NCBI RefSeq assembly: GCF_035084215.1
Contig: NC_090346.1
Location: 14,384,001-14,448,000, forward strand
Origin: Heptranchias perlo
Lineage: Eukaryota
Length of the DNA stretch: 64,000 nucleotides
Reading direction: 5' to 3'
Positions 33,601 through 48,600 of this stretch are shown here, piece by piece (position 1 is the first letter of the stretch; each line of letters starts with the position of its first letter). The notes under the pieces are model-generated. The model saw nothing but the letters and a program-made list of their open reading frames with translations, did no database searches and was not told the DNA's origin. Position numbers and translations under genes: made by a program.

Positions 33601-36600
33601 TGAAATGCCTGTCAGTCCTTTCAAAACAGTTTCAGAGTGCACTTAACAGTAATAATCTGATATTCGCTGGTCTGGGAGGACTGTGACCATTTCATCAAAT
33701 GTATGTATGTATGTACACACACACACACATCCTCTTTCATGTCTGAACATTCCACTTTATCTATATGGTAACATGACCCTTTCCAGCAATTTCTGAATAT
33801 AAAAAAATGTAAAGTGAAAAAGTGAAGCCCTTGAAGTAAATAACCTTTACAAAAGACAAATCTTAACACCTGTCGTGACAATTACCAACAGATAACAACT
33901 ATGGTTTGCCCAAGCAACAAATTATTATATTGGTTAAAGTCAAGCTCAATTAAGCAACAGCTTTGATTGCAGCTGGTGAACTGGGGTAAGTAGATAATCA
34001 CAAACACAATAGTACGGTAATTTAGTGAAACATGCAGACAGAAAAATGACAGCAACAATTAGTAACATTTCAAGCATAAAGGGGATCCTCACAAAAAAAA
34101 CCCCAACTGTTTACCAATCTTTAAAAAGGACACAGGTAATTATCCAGAAATAAAGCTGGAGAAGTTATATTTTTGCTTGTAATTACATACAATCACTCTA
34201 GGATCCTAAACCTATTAAAATATATACGGTTCCAGAATGAACATTCCATAAGGATGGAGAAACTATTATTCATGTTAGGTGGTTGTTTTCTTGTGATGTC
34301 ACAAAGCCAGTGCCAGTCAGATTTTTTAAATTAATAACGGATGTGTGGACAGAATACTGTCAAGAGTTAACAGCAGCCCCCCCAAGAGTAGATGATAAGT
34401 GATGGTAAGTGCCAACAAAACTAGAGTTTGAATTTGGAGTTTTCATATTCAAATCTAAATCTGCCCATTCAGATGACTGGAGTTTCACACATTGATTAAA
34501 GTAATAAAGTAGATATAGAGCTAAATAAATGTCAAATTGTACAAATTACACAATTCTTATTTTCACCTAAAACAGAAGTCCACTGTAGCCAACACAATGC
34601 ATAAAGTTAGAGAAAAGTAGGTTGAGTAAAAGTCCTCAAAAGTATTGTATCCAACTCTAATTTGAAACCCAGAACAAGCTATCATTAACCCTTTAAGGGT
34701 TGACGGGACTAGTATTTACTGACATACGTAAACCAACCCTGCATATAGATCACACTCCAAACTTGATCATGCCCCTATGAGGAATGGGGGGTTGGCAAAA
34801 TAAAAACTTGCATATAAGCTGAATTGACAATCTGCTTTGGCTTTAAATCTATGCATAATTAATACAGGAGGTTTGGGGTCAGAATAGATTTTTGTTTCAC
34901 ATCAACATTAGATGTCCCGTACCATGTCGTAGCCAAGCAGTCGTGTAACTTCCCTATACCTTACCTCTGCATACTTCTTCAGCCCAATGTTTCAGCTTAC
35001 TCCCTCCACTCTACTGCACATTCCCCTCTTCCTCAGCTTTGCCATCAGAAGTCGCAGAGCTTTTGCTGCATGCCCTTGTACTCTTCATCTTCTCTCACTA
35101 CCCTCAAAAGCCTTCTCAAAACTTAATACTCTTGTGCCTTCGGTCATCTCCCCCAACTTCTCTCCTACTTTCTGCTCAGTGTGCACTGTTCGCGTGTAAA
35201 GTTCCTTGGGATGTTTTATTATGTAGAAGATGTTATATAAATGTAAGTAGTAATTGTTGTCGATGTCACTTTGAAACTGGGAGGTGTTGATGCAAGAGCA
35301 TTTGTCAGACATTTATTCCTCCCTTGCGATGGGCAAGCATTTGGCCTGTAATCTGAACTTCCCTGTGATAAGACAGTCAAGATCAGGGAATCACCAACAT
35401 AAACCTGCAGCCTACCGCTCTGGAGCACTGTAATCTACAGCATTAACGCATCGCTGCTCATATTTCTCCGGCTATATTATATTTAGCCATTCGATATATT
35501 TTCTAATTTTGCAGGTGTTACATTACAAAAACCATGTGTGTTTGAGAAATGATGAACCATCTAGCGGTTTGACGTATTGGGAGATTTACGTGCTACACCA
35601 TGGAATGTTTATACCGGTCATTTTCCAAACCTTGCACCAATCTCAGCCGCAACACTGGGGAGGTGGCAAGTGAAGGCCTCATTGCTTTCCCACAAAGCCC
35701 ATGAGTATCTGAATAGGACATGCACCCTGTGCTGATTTATTCTAACTACATTAGCAGCCAATTTCAGGACAGAATAGTCAGTGATATTAAAACTGGTCAC
35801 CTGTCCCATGGCCTTTGGCCAAGAGCAGTGCAAGGGGAGAAGATATTTTATTAAAAGTTTCAAGGTTATTTAGTACTCAAAAAGGGATTAAAGGTAAGCT
35901 TTTCTCTTGAGCAGAATGAATAATATGAATAAAGCAACATCTAGCGGCATCTTCGGGACTGTTGGTTAAACTGAAAGCAAACTACAGCAGCCAATTGCAG
36001 TAGCACACAACATGCAAGACAACAAAAAATGTACAGCCAAAATACAACAGTTTATTCTGAAGCTACAAACGGTCTTCTTTTAAATTGAATTCCTTAACTA
36101 CAGTTTTCATGTATATTTGGCGCCACTCGTCAACTGTGTAAGGCCAAATGTGTGGATAATTTACATCGCCAGTCTTTCAGATGAGATACCAAAATAGTTT
36201 ACCATCATTAAAACTTAAAACATTTACACAGAAAGAATAGTTTATTTCAACTCAAAGATAACTTCAAAGAAAAGGTTAAAGCTCTTACCACTGCTGCATT
36301 ATTTTGTCGAACATCGAGGGCAGTTGCCAATCCCCCAAGTGACTGTGGGTCCTCATATGTTACACTACAAGCAAGAAATGTACATTTCAAACATTCACAG
36401 TATATAAGCACCCGGTGGGGAGTTACAGCACTAACTCCGTATGTGTAAACATCACACATGTTCATGTTTAGACTATAAAATGCTCATGTACATTTCAGTA
36501 AGAGACTTACTTTTTGCGCTGATCAGCCAGGGAGCTGCTTCTGGTCTGTGCAAACATATCAAAGTTAGCCAAATCTCGAGTGCCAGGATTGCAGTTGGGC

Positions 36601-39600
36601 AATGAGCTCAGGGTGCCACTAACACTATCTGTACCCAGGTCTGAAAAAAAAATTTCAGTGGCAGTTACATCAATATCAGACTGGAGCTTAAAAAAAAACT
36701 TCATTCAAGCTTGTTTTTAGGCCTTCTCAATTTAATGTGTCAAATAGGCAGAAATTCAGGTTTAAAAAAAAGACATCGGTGAGGGTGATTTCCTCTAATT
36801 GCTATTTGTAGTAAGTTTGTAAACAAATGAGACACGATTTCCTCTGCTGATAACTCAGCAATTAATTCCAATATCAGATGCCTTATCCTAAGGTAACTAG
36901 TAACACCAAGCAGAGGAAATCTTTCTGTGTTTGTTTACAATGTTGCTACACACAGGGACTAGAGGAAATTGCTTCACAATGCTCCCCAATAACCCGGAGT
37001 AAAGATATCGCCTGCCAAAGTACTAAGCTTAACAAACCAGAAGGCTCCAGGTTTAATCTTCAGTCTGTGCCGAGTTAGCTATCTCTGTTGGGGTCCCTTT
37101 AGGGGTGCAATAATTGAACAGTATCCCTGGGTTAGGGAGAGGAAATCAGACAGGCATCCTGCTCCTGATCACTATCGAGTGATCTCAGAGTATGTGTCTA
37201 CGTGAATATCGGGTGAGGACAACATTCGGATCCAGTTTGATTCTCTCCCTCAGTCAAACCACTTTGGGGCATCTTAAGGGCATGTTAAAGATGTTATGTA
37301 AATACAAGTTTTTTTCTGTTCTTTCTAAACAACAAGTGTTGGCAGGCGATTCAACTGTAGAAAGGCATCCTATCCTCATCTGACACATATATGTCCAACA
37401 GAGGTTACTGGATAGAGATCGGGGGGAAATGATGGCCAATTTTTCTCTCTGTAATTCAGGGGCGCTGAGGCTAATGTAGCACCCGTACTGCTTTGCAACA
37501 GGAGTTAGCCATTCAGCCCCTTGAGCTGGTGATTAGCTAACTCAAAACAAACCTGGTTTTGAATCTGAGACCATCTTGGTCTGCGTGGTTCAGCTACTCA
37601 ACGGATACACTTGCTGAGCCATTAAAATTGTTGCGCTTAGATTTATCTTTGTTGATTTTGAAAACATTTTGAGTTTTAAAGTGTGCATGCTGATATCAGG
37701 TGAATTAATTGAGTGTGACTAAGATTACCAACTCAGTGTGCGTTATGGGAGAAAAGAGACGTGAATATCTCAATGGTGTATCTTCCATGGCGCTGCTCAC
37801 AGCAAATTAGATGAAAAATATTTTATTTGACAGTAACACTATACGATGTGATGTATGATGTATTATTCTGCTGTTGCAGTGCAGCTGTGTTTAAGGCCAC
37901 AAAGTCAAATTGCCGTAAAGAGGGACATCCGAAGATCAAACAGAAGTCAATTGTTGTTGAGGAGGGAATTTCGTAAATTGCAGGTGCTTGCAATTCCCTG
38001 CTCCAGGTCAGAAGAAACCAGCATAAAATAACTGGCTTACGTTTTTTTTTAAAAGGAAAATACTTCTAACTATTTGAAGTGTGACAAACTCAAAACATGT
38101 ATACAGACAGAGAGATGGGTAGATAGATAGTTTAAGTGAACGATTGAGCAGGTCAGTGTAGTGTCTTAGGCACAAGACATTTTCAATACAGATCTCCAGC
38201 AGCACATTGAGGTAACAATATCAATCTGTTTGTGTCTTTTTTTTTAATGTTCACAAACCTTTTTTTATGCTGCAGGTAGTAATGAAACACAGGTGAACTT
38301 GAGGTTGCACAGGCTAATCTTGTCTGCTGAAATCCGACAAACATGCCAACCACCCATCACCCTGGAAAAGGTTACAAGAGAACTCACGTAGCCAGATTAT
38401 GATAAACTCCAGTTGGGGCTACATGTTGTTGGCTGACAGACGAACAACTCTTCAGAGCAATTTTTTACATTTGGCAACAGTGATCATATTTTAATGCTTT
38501 ATTTACTGGGATTCCAAGCAGGAGTCAGGGAATTCTGGATAATCTTGGCTGGGTCTGGTTATCCGGGTTAAAAGGCAATGAAATCAGCTTCCTTACCTAG
38601 TCCGGCGAGCTGCGAGGACAGAGTGGGGGCGGTCGTATTTCCAACCATCGGGCTCACTACTGCAGGGGACCCTGGGCCCAAGTCTATTAGATTATCCGCG
38701 TCTGTCACCTCATTCAATACCTGATGAAATGAGAGCGAAGTGAACAAAATGTGAGATATTAAAAACTTCCATCCTTTGAAAACTTCTGTCATATTTTAAA
38801 AGACATCAAGCTAGATTTTTCTGATTACAACTGGCATATACATTTATAGTCTCTCTTTTCACTTATTTGGTCAAAAGACCTCTAGAGCCCTTTAACACAG
38901 CATTCGAAGAAATTTACACAGGCATTAAACTTTTAATATAGATTACATAAAATAGATAGTGTAACAAGGTGCAGCTGGAGATAACTTGATTCCCTATGGT
39001 TGCTGGAGCCACAGACAGATTTATAGGAAATTACATTGGGTACCAATATACAATTCGCAGCCTAATGCCAACTCTAACAACCCTGGTTCAGCAGATGACT
39101 GTGATAAAGCGTGTTTTTAAAAGAAACTGTGTAGTTATTACTTACACCATCTTCTGCGTTCTGAGTTCCACGTCCCGATCTGCATCGTTCAAATCTGTAC
39201 AGAAGACATGGCAAATTACAAAAAGCCATTTGTCTACATATCAACCGTTAGCTTCAAAGACTCCAGCATGTCCCCATGGAGATGCGCCTGAAATAGAGAT
39301 CCCAACATCCTTGCGCTTGGTTAGTTAGTGTTAAGAGTTTCAGTTTGCTGTGACATCTCTCACATTCCTGCCTTATAAAACATCAAAACTAGGTACAGAA
39401 TCTGAACCACTTGGGCTACAATATCAATGTTGCTTTTTGCTTCTTTCCTTCTGACATATCCCTCCAGTCTTCCCAATTTGGTTATGTTCCCAAGTTCCCC
39501 GCAACATTCCCTAAAATACAAGGTAACCACAGAGCCTATCGCAGGGTTCTGCCTATTTTGAATAGTAAATTATAGACTAGAATTGAGTAACTACTGTACC

Positions 39601-42600
39601 ATAAGACCATGAGAGATAGGAGCAGGAGTAGGCCATTCGGCCCCTCGGGCCTGCTCTGCCATTTAATGAGATCATGGCTGATCTGATTTTTACCTCAACT
39701 CCACTTTCCTGCCTTTTCCCTATATCCTTTGACTCTCTTGCTGATCAAAGATTTGTCTAACTCAGCCTTGAATGTATTCAATGACTCAGCCTCCACAGCT
39801 TTTTGGGGTAAAGAATTCCAAAGATTCACGACCCTCCGGGAGAAGAAATTCCTCCTCATTTCCATCTTAAATGGGCGACCCCTCATTCTGAGACTACGTC
39901 CCCTAGTTTTAGATTCCCTCATGAGGGGTAACATCCTCTCAGCATCTACCCTATCGAGTCCCCTCAGAATCTTGTATGTTTCAATAAGGTCGCCGCTCAT
40001 TCTTCTAAACTCCAATGAGTATAGACCCAACCTGTTCAATCTTTCCTCATAAAACAATCCTTCCATATCCGGAATCAACCTAGTGAACCTTCTCTGAACT
40101 GCCTCCAATGCAAGTATGTCCTTCCTTAAATAAGGGCACCAGAACTATACGCAGTACTCCAGGTGTGGTCTTACCAGCACCCTGTACAGTTGTAGCATGA
40201 CTTCCCTGCTTTTATACGCCATCCCCTAGAAATAAAGGCCAATATTCCGTTTGCCTTCCGGATTACCTGCTGCACCTGTATGTTGATTTTTTGTGTTTCA
40301 TGTAAGAGGACACCCAGATCCCTCTGTACCGCAGCATTTTGTAGTATTTCTCCATTCAAATAATATTTTGCTTTTATTTTTCCTCCCAATGTGGATGATT
40401 TCACATTTTCCCACATTATATTCCATCTGCCAAATTTCTGCCCATTCGCTTAACCTGTCAATATCCCTTTGCAGACACTTTGGGCTCGATTTTACCGTCG
40501 GGTTTCCAGCGGGGGGGGCCCCGAAAATCCCGATATCCAGTCACGTGACCGGATCGCGCCGAGATCCCGGCCACTTCCGGGTGCCGCGCTGACGTGCGGG
40601 GCTGCGTGCGCAGGCCCCGCTGGTGGGAATCCCGCAGGCAATTAAAGCCAGCGGGGTTCCACTTGAGTGTACTTACCTTGCTTGTTGAGGTCATTAAATG
40701 AGCTGAAGCAGCTGTCAAAACAGGAAGTGTGGGATTTTAGGTTCAAGGCAGTGTGTTTCACACACTGGGGGAAAACAGTCTCCCTTCCACCGGTCGTGTT
40801 CCAGCCAGCAGCCTGTGGCAGCTGCCAAGGTGCACTCCACAGCGGGTGGGAGAGCCCTCACCCACGCAGGAGGCCACCGCGTCACGTAGGGCAACCCCTG
40901 CCCTCCACCACCCCCCGCCAAGCCAGAGGACAGACCGACGTGAAACCGCAGCCCCAGTGCGAGGAACCACCTACCTACCCTGCACAACCCCTCAGACCAA
41001 CACCTGCCAGATGGGTGGTGCGTTGACATCCTCGGAGGACGAACAGCATGACCAGCCCCAGCAGCCTCGCAGTCCACCTCTGACACGTGGAGCTCCACAA
41101 CAGAGTGCTGTGACACATCCACCTGTACAGCAGGAGGGAGGGCTACCGCAGAGAGAGACGCGTCGCAGAGGGCACTACCCTCCGCACAGGGTCCACAGAC
41201 CGAGGCACAGCTCCCCGGACCTCTCTGAGCAGCAGTGCACACGGAGGCGCAGATTCACTCGACATGTAGTCGTGGAGATCTGCAGGCTCTTTCATGCCGA
41301 GCTGCTCCTGGCTGGCCCCAGCACCATCTGCTTACCTGTCGCTGCCAAAGTCACCACTGCCCTCCACAACTTCTCCTCCGCATCCTTCCAGGGTGCAGCC
41401 GGGTACACCGCCGATGTCTCTCGGTCGTCTGCGCGGAAGAGCCCTGCAAATACACCTGCACCTACTCTGCAGTAACACAATGGGTGGCATCAGTGGTGGG
41501 TCCTCAGTGATACCCAGGAGCGGGCATTATTGGACACAACAGACAGGATTCGCGGAGACATGGCAGTGGTGGTGCCAATATAATGTGTGATGTTTGCTTC
41601 TCTGAAATTCAATATAGGTAACACCCATGGCAAACCCTCAGACACCCTTGTGCATCCCCTTCATGCTCACGACACGTTTGCCGTACGCTGCCTACTGCAC
41701 GTATGCGATGCATGCCCTGTGGCTGCAGCACAGGTGGTGGCAGGTTGAGTGAGGCTGGCCGTGAGAGAGATGCACGAGAGGGTGAGTATGGGATAGAGCC
41801 ATGAGATTGTATGAGGATTGGGTTGCGTGTTAGTGGCGGGTGAGTACTGGCGAGGTGAGTAGGTGCAGGTAAGATGAGGATGGGGTTTGAGTGGGTATGA
41901 GGGGTGATGTGACAGAGTAGTGTTGGCGGTGCCAAAGGAGATGTGGGGTGGGGGCAGTGTTGTGGCAGACGGAGTGTAGGGGAAAGACTACGTGTTCTCA
42001 TTGTGGCTGACCTACTGAGGTCATTGGAGCGCCTCCTGCACTGTATGCAGGTGGGCGATATGTTGGTGGTGCAGGTGACCCCCTCTGCCACCTCGAGCCA
42101 GGCCTTCTTGGTGGCAGAGGCAGGCCGCTTCCTCCCGCCCACTGGGTGGAAGATCTGTGTCCTCCCCCTCCTCCTCACCCCATCTGATGATACCTGGGGT
42201 GAGGCATCATTAAACTGGGAGCAGCCTTCCCCCTGGGCTGCTCCGTGCTGTAATTTGTTCCATTGGTTGCAGCATGTCAGTGGAGGACTGCCCCTTTAAG
42301 TAGAGAGCCTCCAGCTGACAGATCGTACTGCGCATGCGCAGCCCGCCCGACGTGCAGACCAGCAGCGCGGAACCCAGAGGAGCAGGTAAGTGATTCCAAT
42401 TAGTGGATTGCCTGCTACGATCGCGCGGGCAACCCACTAATTTCACCGGGCGCGGAGGCCACGCACCCGAAACCCAACCCGTCGGAAACCCGCAGGCCTG
42501 CTAAAATCAGGCCCTTTGTGTCCTCATCGCAACTTGCTTTTCCACCTATCTTTGTATCAGCAGCAAATTTGGCCACAAGACACTCTGTTCCTTCATCCAA

Positions 42601-45600
42601 GTCATTGATATATATTGTAAATAGTTGAGGCCCCAGCACTGATCCCTGTGACACCCCACTAGTTACAGATTGTCATTTTGAAAATGACCCTTTTATCCCG
42701 ACTCTTTGTTTTCTGTTAGTTAGCCAATCCTCTATCCATGCCAGTATATTACCCCCAACACCATGAGCTCTTATCTTGTGCAGTAATCTTTTATCTGGCA
42801 CCTTATCGAATATCTTTTGGAAATCCAAATATGCTGCATCATTTTATCCATCCTGCCCGTTACTTCCTCAAAGAGCTCTAATAAATTTGTCAGACATGAT
42901 TTCCCCTTCATAAAACCACGTTGACTCTCCTTGATTGTATTATGAGTCTCCAAATGTTCTACTACTACTTCCTTAATAATGGATTTTAGCATTTTCCCCA
43001 ATGACAGATGTTAGGCTAACTGGTCTATAGTTACCTGCTTTCTGTCTCACTCCCTTCTTGAATAGGGGTGTTACGTTTGCGGTTTTCCAATCCGCTGGGA
43101 CCTTTCCAGAATATAGTGAATTCTGGAAGATTACAACCAATTACCAGTGCCCTCCCCCTCACCTTGGGAGAAAACTTCTGGCCTCAAGTGCCAACCTCCT
43201 CTGGGAAATTCCTCCCCAGCATAAGGTAATCAAGTAAATCTTAACCTTTGGAGGCACAGCTAGTTGGTGCACACATACACTGTGCCATCATGCCACAGTA
43301 ACACACATTGATTTTCAAAACCATCTATGCAGATGTTGACAAGCAAACTAGTAGGGCTTCTTTGGTACACAAAGCAGGATTAAAAAAAGATGCAGTTAGA
43401 GACAAGGTGAGATCGCTCACAACTTGAACCTGGTAGTTGGGAGCAGAGTAATTTGTTGAAATTATAACAGGGTACTGGATAGGCAAGTCAGATTTCCTCA
43501 TCTTGCAGTTCAGCAAGTTATTGGTAAAAATCTGGCAGAGTGTGAAATCCCCATCAATTCTTGTAAATGTTTACACTTACTGCATTTGGCACGATTTGTT
43601 ATCCAACTACTGTACTTTGAATTAAAAATATGGAGACAGTGAAAATGCAGGTTTCTGAGCAGATCAGAGCAAGAAGAAACTGCTTGCCACAATAAATCAC
43701 TTACCCTGGTGATAATTAATTCTGCAATTGAACTTCTCCACACAACGGAGAGAGGTTTAGGTGTCAATACTGACTGGAAGAGATCTAAAACTGTAAAAGG
43801 TTACAGCACAGAAGGAGGCCACTTGGCTCATTGCATTGGTGCGAGCTCTTTGCTGGAGCAATCGTAAACTAATCCTACTGCTCTGCTATCCGCCCCCCCC
43901 AATAGCCCTGTATCTTCCTCTGCTTCAAATATTTATCCACTTTCCCTTGAAAGATGCAATGGTCTCTGCCTCAACTAGTCCCTGTGACAAAGCATTTCAT
44001 GCTCCAACAACTCGCTGTTTCAAGAAATTTCTGCTAACCTCTCTTTATTCTTAGTGACTATTTAAAATTGAGAACTCTGATCACTGACACCACAACTAGA
44101 GGAAATAGTCTTTTCCTATTCATCCTAAAGAAATCCTTCAATGGTTTAAAAAAAACCTCAAATCTCCTTTTGGCCTTCTCTGCTCCAGAGGAAATAGCTC
44201 CATAATTGCAGCTTCTCTTGCAATCCTGTCTTAAAACATGAAAGTCTGGCAGTTCTAAGGGTTGTGGCTACAAACCATTGCACACTGTTTTTGCATGGCA
44301 GAACTAGCCAGTGACATTTAGGAACTATAGTGGTGAAGTGCAACACATTTCGCTCAGTATTTTAGTTTCATGCTCAACCTGTTGCAAATGAGGAAAACCT
44401 TTTGCAGAAGACAGCAGGCAGCTAATCACTCACCTCTCATACCGAAGGAAGACATTATTAAGATCATCGTTAACGTGCAAAAGTTCCTCTGTGATCTCTT
44501 CATTGGTTACATTGGAGAGAAGTTCCACAACCCGTTGCTGCATCGCTCGGCATGTATGGTTCAGTTCCTTGTTCAAAGAGCACAGGACATGTTAATCAGT
44601 TCTTTGTCACTTGAAGTACAATAAAACAAAGGTTACTTTTTTGTTGAATGTACATTTTCATCAAGGCAATGAAGATCAGCGAATTGAAAATAGGTATTAT
44701 TTTTTGCTTGTCTCAGTATCATATCAAGCAGTCCCGGGGTGGGTAACGCACAAGAATTGCCCCTAAAACGCTTAACTTCAGGCCATCTGTGTGAATTTTT
44801 TTCATTTCTCACATGAGTCATCCTTATGGCTTCTGGGTCAGGCTGTCAATTTAGTGACAATCTGTGCTGAATTATGAGGCATTTCAGCACCTCTTCAGAG
44901 GTCAAGACCGCCTCAGACCCTGGTACCCTGACGGCTTACATTACAGATGACTTTCATCCTAATTGGATAACCATTTGAAAAGGATGAATGTAAATGATAC
45001 TGGTAAAAGACAAGGAAATGGAATTAGAGTAGATAGCTCCAGTTGAAGAGTGATGGGCCAAATGGCTTCCTTCTGTGCTTTATTTTCTATGACTTTGTGT
45101 GGACTGGATTCAGATCCTAGAGAGGAGAGTGTTCCAATGCACTCAAAACAGCCACCCTCCATTAAAACAGCAACCTCATGTCACTTATTCTAACAGTATG
45201 TTTCAACCATCTTATGAAAAGATGGCTTAAACTCTGGACACCTGAATAAGCCACGAGGCTGCATATAGACTGTACGGCAGATAATATCAAGTTGTCCTAT
45301 TGGAGAACTCGTAGATATTGAAAAATTCTCTTGAGTTAGAAGCAATCTAAAATTTAGAGAATTTAGCCTCGACATTAATGAGATGTGGATCCCTGTTTTA
45401 TTACAGTTTGGTACTATGCAGTAGAAACACTCTTTTGTGTAAAATGCAACTCTCAAATAAATTCAGTATTCTTACCTGCAGCAACTCAAAGTCCGATTGA
45501 TTTTCCTGTCCAGGGACTGTTTCAGTCAGCATCTCAGACATCACTTTTGCATTTCCACGGACAACATCCAGCTCGCTGCGCAACCTGGCAAGCTGCCATA

Positions 45601-48600
45601 CAAAAGGCTCAACTTAAAACAAAGGGTAAACCCTTAGATTAGCCAACACAGGTTACATTGCAAACACAGAAACAGACTCACTCACACATTGAAAAGCCAG
45701 AAGGAGGTTAGAAGTTCTTTGCAGCAGGCTGATTTTAGTCACTATTCACCAATTGGACTTTAAGAAAAAGACAGACTTGCATTTATATAGCGCCTTTTAC
45801 AATCTCAGGATGTCCCAAAGCACTTTACAGTCAATTATGTACTTTTGTAGTGGTCACTGATGTAATGTAGAAAATGAGGAGCTAATTTGCACACAGCAAG
45901 CTCCCATATCAGCAATGAGACAATAACCAGATAATCTGTTTATTTAGTGATGTTGAAGGATAAATATTGGCCAGAACACCGTGGAGAACTCCCCTGCTCT
46001 TCTTCGAAATAGTGCCATGGGATCTTTATCATCCACCTCACAGAGTAGATGGGGCCACGGTTTAACGTCTCATCTGAAAGACAGCACCCCCGACAGTGCA
46101 GCACTCCCTTAGTACTGCACGGGAGTGGCTCCTTTCCTCACAATGAATGATCTTTTGCTGGGTGTTGGGCATTGTATCTTTAAAGCAACAGTACGTCAAT
46201 CACGTATGAACAATTTTTTTAAAAATCACCCAAAAAATAACTTTTGTGACTTTCTGCCGATCAAGGTGAGGGATGATAGCGCTGAGAAATGGAACACTTT
46301 CCCATTCCAGACACCAAGTATCAGCAATAAAAACTTCCAAGCCAAGACACAGATTGAAGTATCCTTCCAAGAATGTGCCTTGGCCCCTTCAGAAAAAAGA
46401 TAATCCCTACTGCACCAATCCAATATCACCCCCTACACCAAGTCTTACATCTTGAGCGACACCTCCCTCGCAGTGCTAAATCAGGGGTAGTTGTATGCTG
46501 TGGATCCATGCCAGTTAAGAATTGGATGGAGACTGTACGACCTCATTTTGTGTAGATCCTTATCTAAAATGCCCTCCATGACATCACCCACCCTACCGCT
46601 GCAACCTCCTCCAGCAGCCTTATATTCCACCTTGTACCCTCCATTTGTGCAGGGCTGACCTACTGTATGTTCCCCCTCCCTCTCGACGGCAGAGCCTTCA
46701 GCCATCACACACCCACTCTCCAGAACTCACTCCTTAAACATCTCCATCCTGCAACATCTCTCTCCACCTTCAAAAGCCTCTTCAAAACTTATTTCTTCAA
46801 CTGTAGATTGTCACCTGCTGTTAACCCTTTTCCTAAGTCCTGTAACAGTGTCCTTTTCTTCTCCAACTCCTCCTGTGAGGTACCTTGCATCGTTTTGCAA
46901 CATTAAAGGCGTTATATAGGTGCAAGTTATTGCTGACCTTTACAGCCAGTAAATTGATGAGGCTTCATTTTGACAGCCAGTCCTATGGGTGTAAGGCCAG
47001 TGTCTAACCCACTGCACCAACCCAGTCATACTCCATTTTCCTGATACTGTATCATAACAGACAGACATGATGAGTCCAGCATCACATCTTCAGAGCTGGC
47101 TGGAGCAAAAGCCAGCAGGAAGAAATGGTTTGAAGTGCGCTACTCCACTACTTAAACAACTCGTGCATTACCTGTCCCACAGGAGGGGTTAAAACAACTA
47201 AAAGTACGTATAACCCATTGATGTCCAAGGCAGAATGTACACCATATCATTAACTGTCAAGATAAATTATTATTTGCACTGATTTTGAAAATAATAAATG
47301 CTCCACTATTCTGCTTTCTGTATGGATAGAGACCTGAGATGTCTACAATGAAGTATGCAAGCTTTGGCAGGATATAGTCTCAATTTTTGGCACCTGGTCA
47401 GCATTTGCAGTGATCGGTCCAGTTACATGTACAGCTGGAAGGCCTTGAGGGACTGAATAGGTGGTCAGCGTGGACGGTGCAGATGGAAAGCTGTTTGTGG
47501 AAGTGGTTTTCTGCAGGGACTGAGGTATTGGTTTGTTCATTGCAGGATCGACCTCAGGAATAAACTGCAATTGAAAAAAATATATTCACATAATTGTATG
47601 GATTCTATATACTTAAGTGTAATATGTAGCAATGTTTGAACTTCAATAGCTTCCATTTTTGGACGAAGTTCACAATGAATGTTAATAATCATTTTCCAAC
47701 TTCTGGCAAAGCAACCATATTCCCTCGTTGGTGCAAAGTGAGTTAAGATCCAATGGCTCATCCGGCTGAATCACTGTGCATTCTCAAAATGAGTGCTCTT
47801 TTTAAATTTAGCGTTTCAACAATGACATAATAAGTTTTCAAAGCATAGCATCAAATCTACCAAAAATCCTGAACAAACATGCACAGAATAGACCAGTTAC
47901 AGTGATGGCAACATAAATTGAAAGCGGAGGCATCCCTAAACAAACGTGGAAATGCACAGAAACTCTAGAGCATAGATAATGATGAGGCTCTATAACTACA
48001 CTCAGGGTGCACAGAAGCAACATCAGTTAGTGTATTTCAGAAATGTCAAGGAGCCAAGACTTGTAAATGGAAAAAATCTTTTTCCCAGATGAAGATAAGC
48101 TCGACAATTGCAGTATTTATTCTGTGGATTTATAAAAAACATAACTTGAAATTTGGCAACCAATCTGGAAGCAGATCATCCTCATTTCAAAAGGAAATAA
48201 TTAATTCCAACATTCTACACATCCAAACCAAAATTATTGATTGTCCCCATTATGAAAGGCAGGGTTAGTTCTGTTGAGGTAATCTGCATGCAGATGGAAT
48301 ATAATTTTATTTTCATTCTTTTGAAAAATAAATGTGGAGATAAACTGGGGAACAGATTGCTGAATTTTCTTAATTAAATGGCTGCAATATGTAATCTACA
48401 CCAAAGATGGCATTCATTACCATATTGACAAACATATAAGCTGCACACCAAGTTAAACCTCTCCCATAATAAAAGGCAGCCCCCTGTGCTTTTTAAAGTA
48501 GGTGTTAACCTGGACCAATGTTCCCATTAAAATAGTGAGAAAGGAGTTTGATACAAATATACTAATCATTTGTATCATTCTTTTGCATCATTTCCAGCTA

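Larger units (their letters stand above)
40482..42514. mobile_element. PIF/Harbinger DNA transposon, internally deleted, with convergent transposase and Myb/SANT gene remnants
   Basis: TIRs GGGCTCGATTTTA / TAAAATCAGGCCC, 3-bp TSD ttt, GC-rich interior with two recognisable gene remnants. Confidence 0.88.
39600..43140 (-). mobile_element. CR1-type LINE (RT to 3' end), disrupted, interrupted by a Harbinger element
   Basis: [44 protein letters not shown]. The sequence is continuous across 40481/42518. Confidence 0.9.

Noticed and set aside
40667-42446. Several long overlapping ORFs
   Set aside because: By-products of the GC-rich Harbinger; only the transposase and Myb/SANT frames are recognisable.
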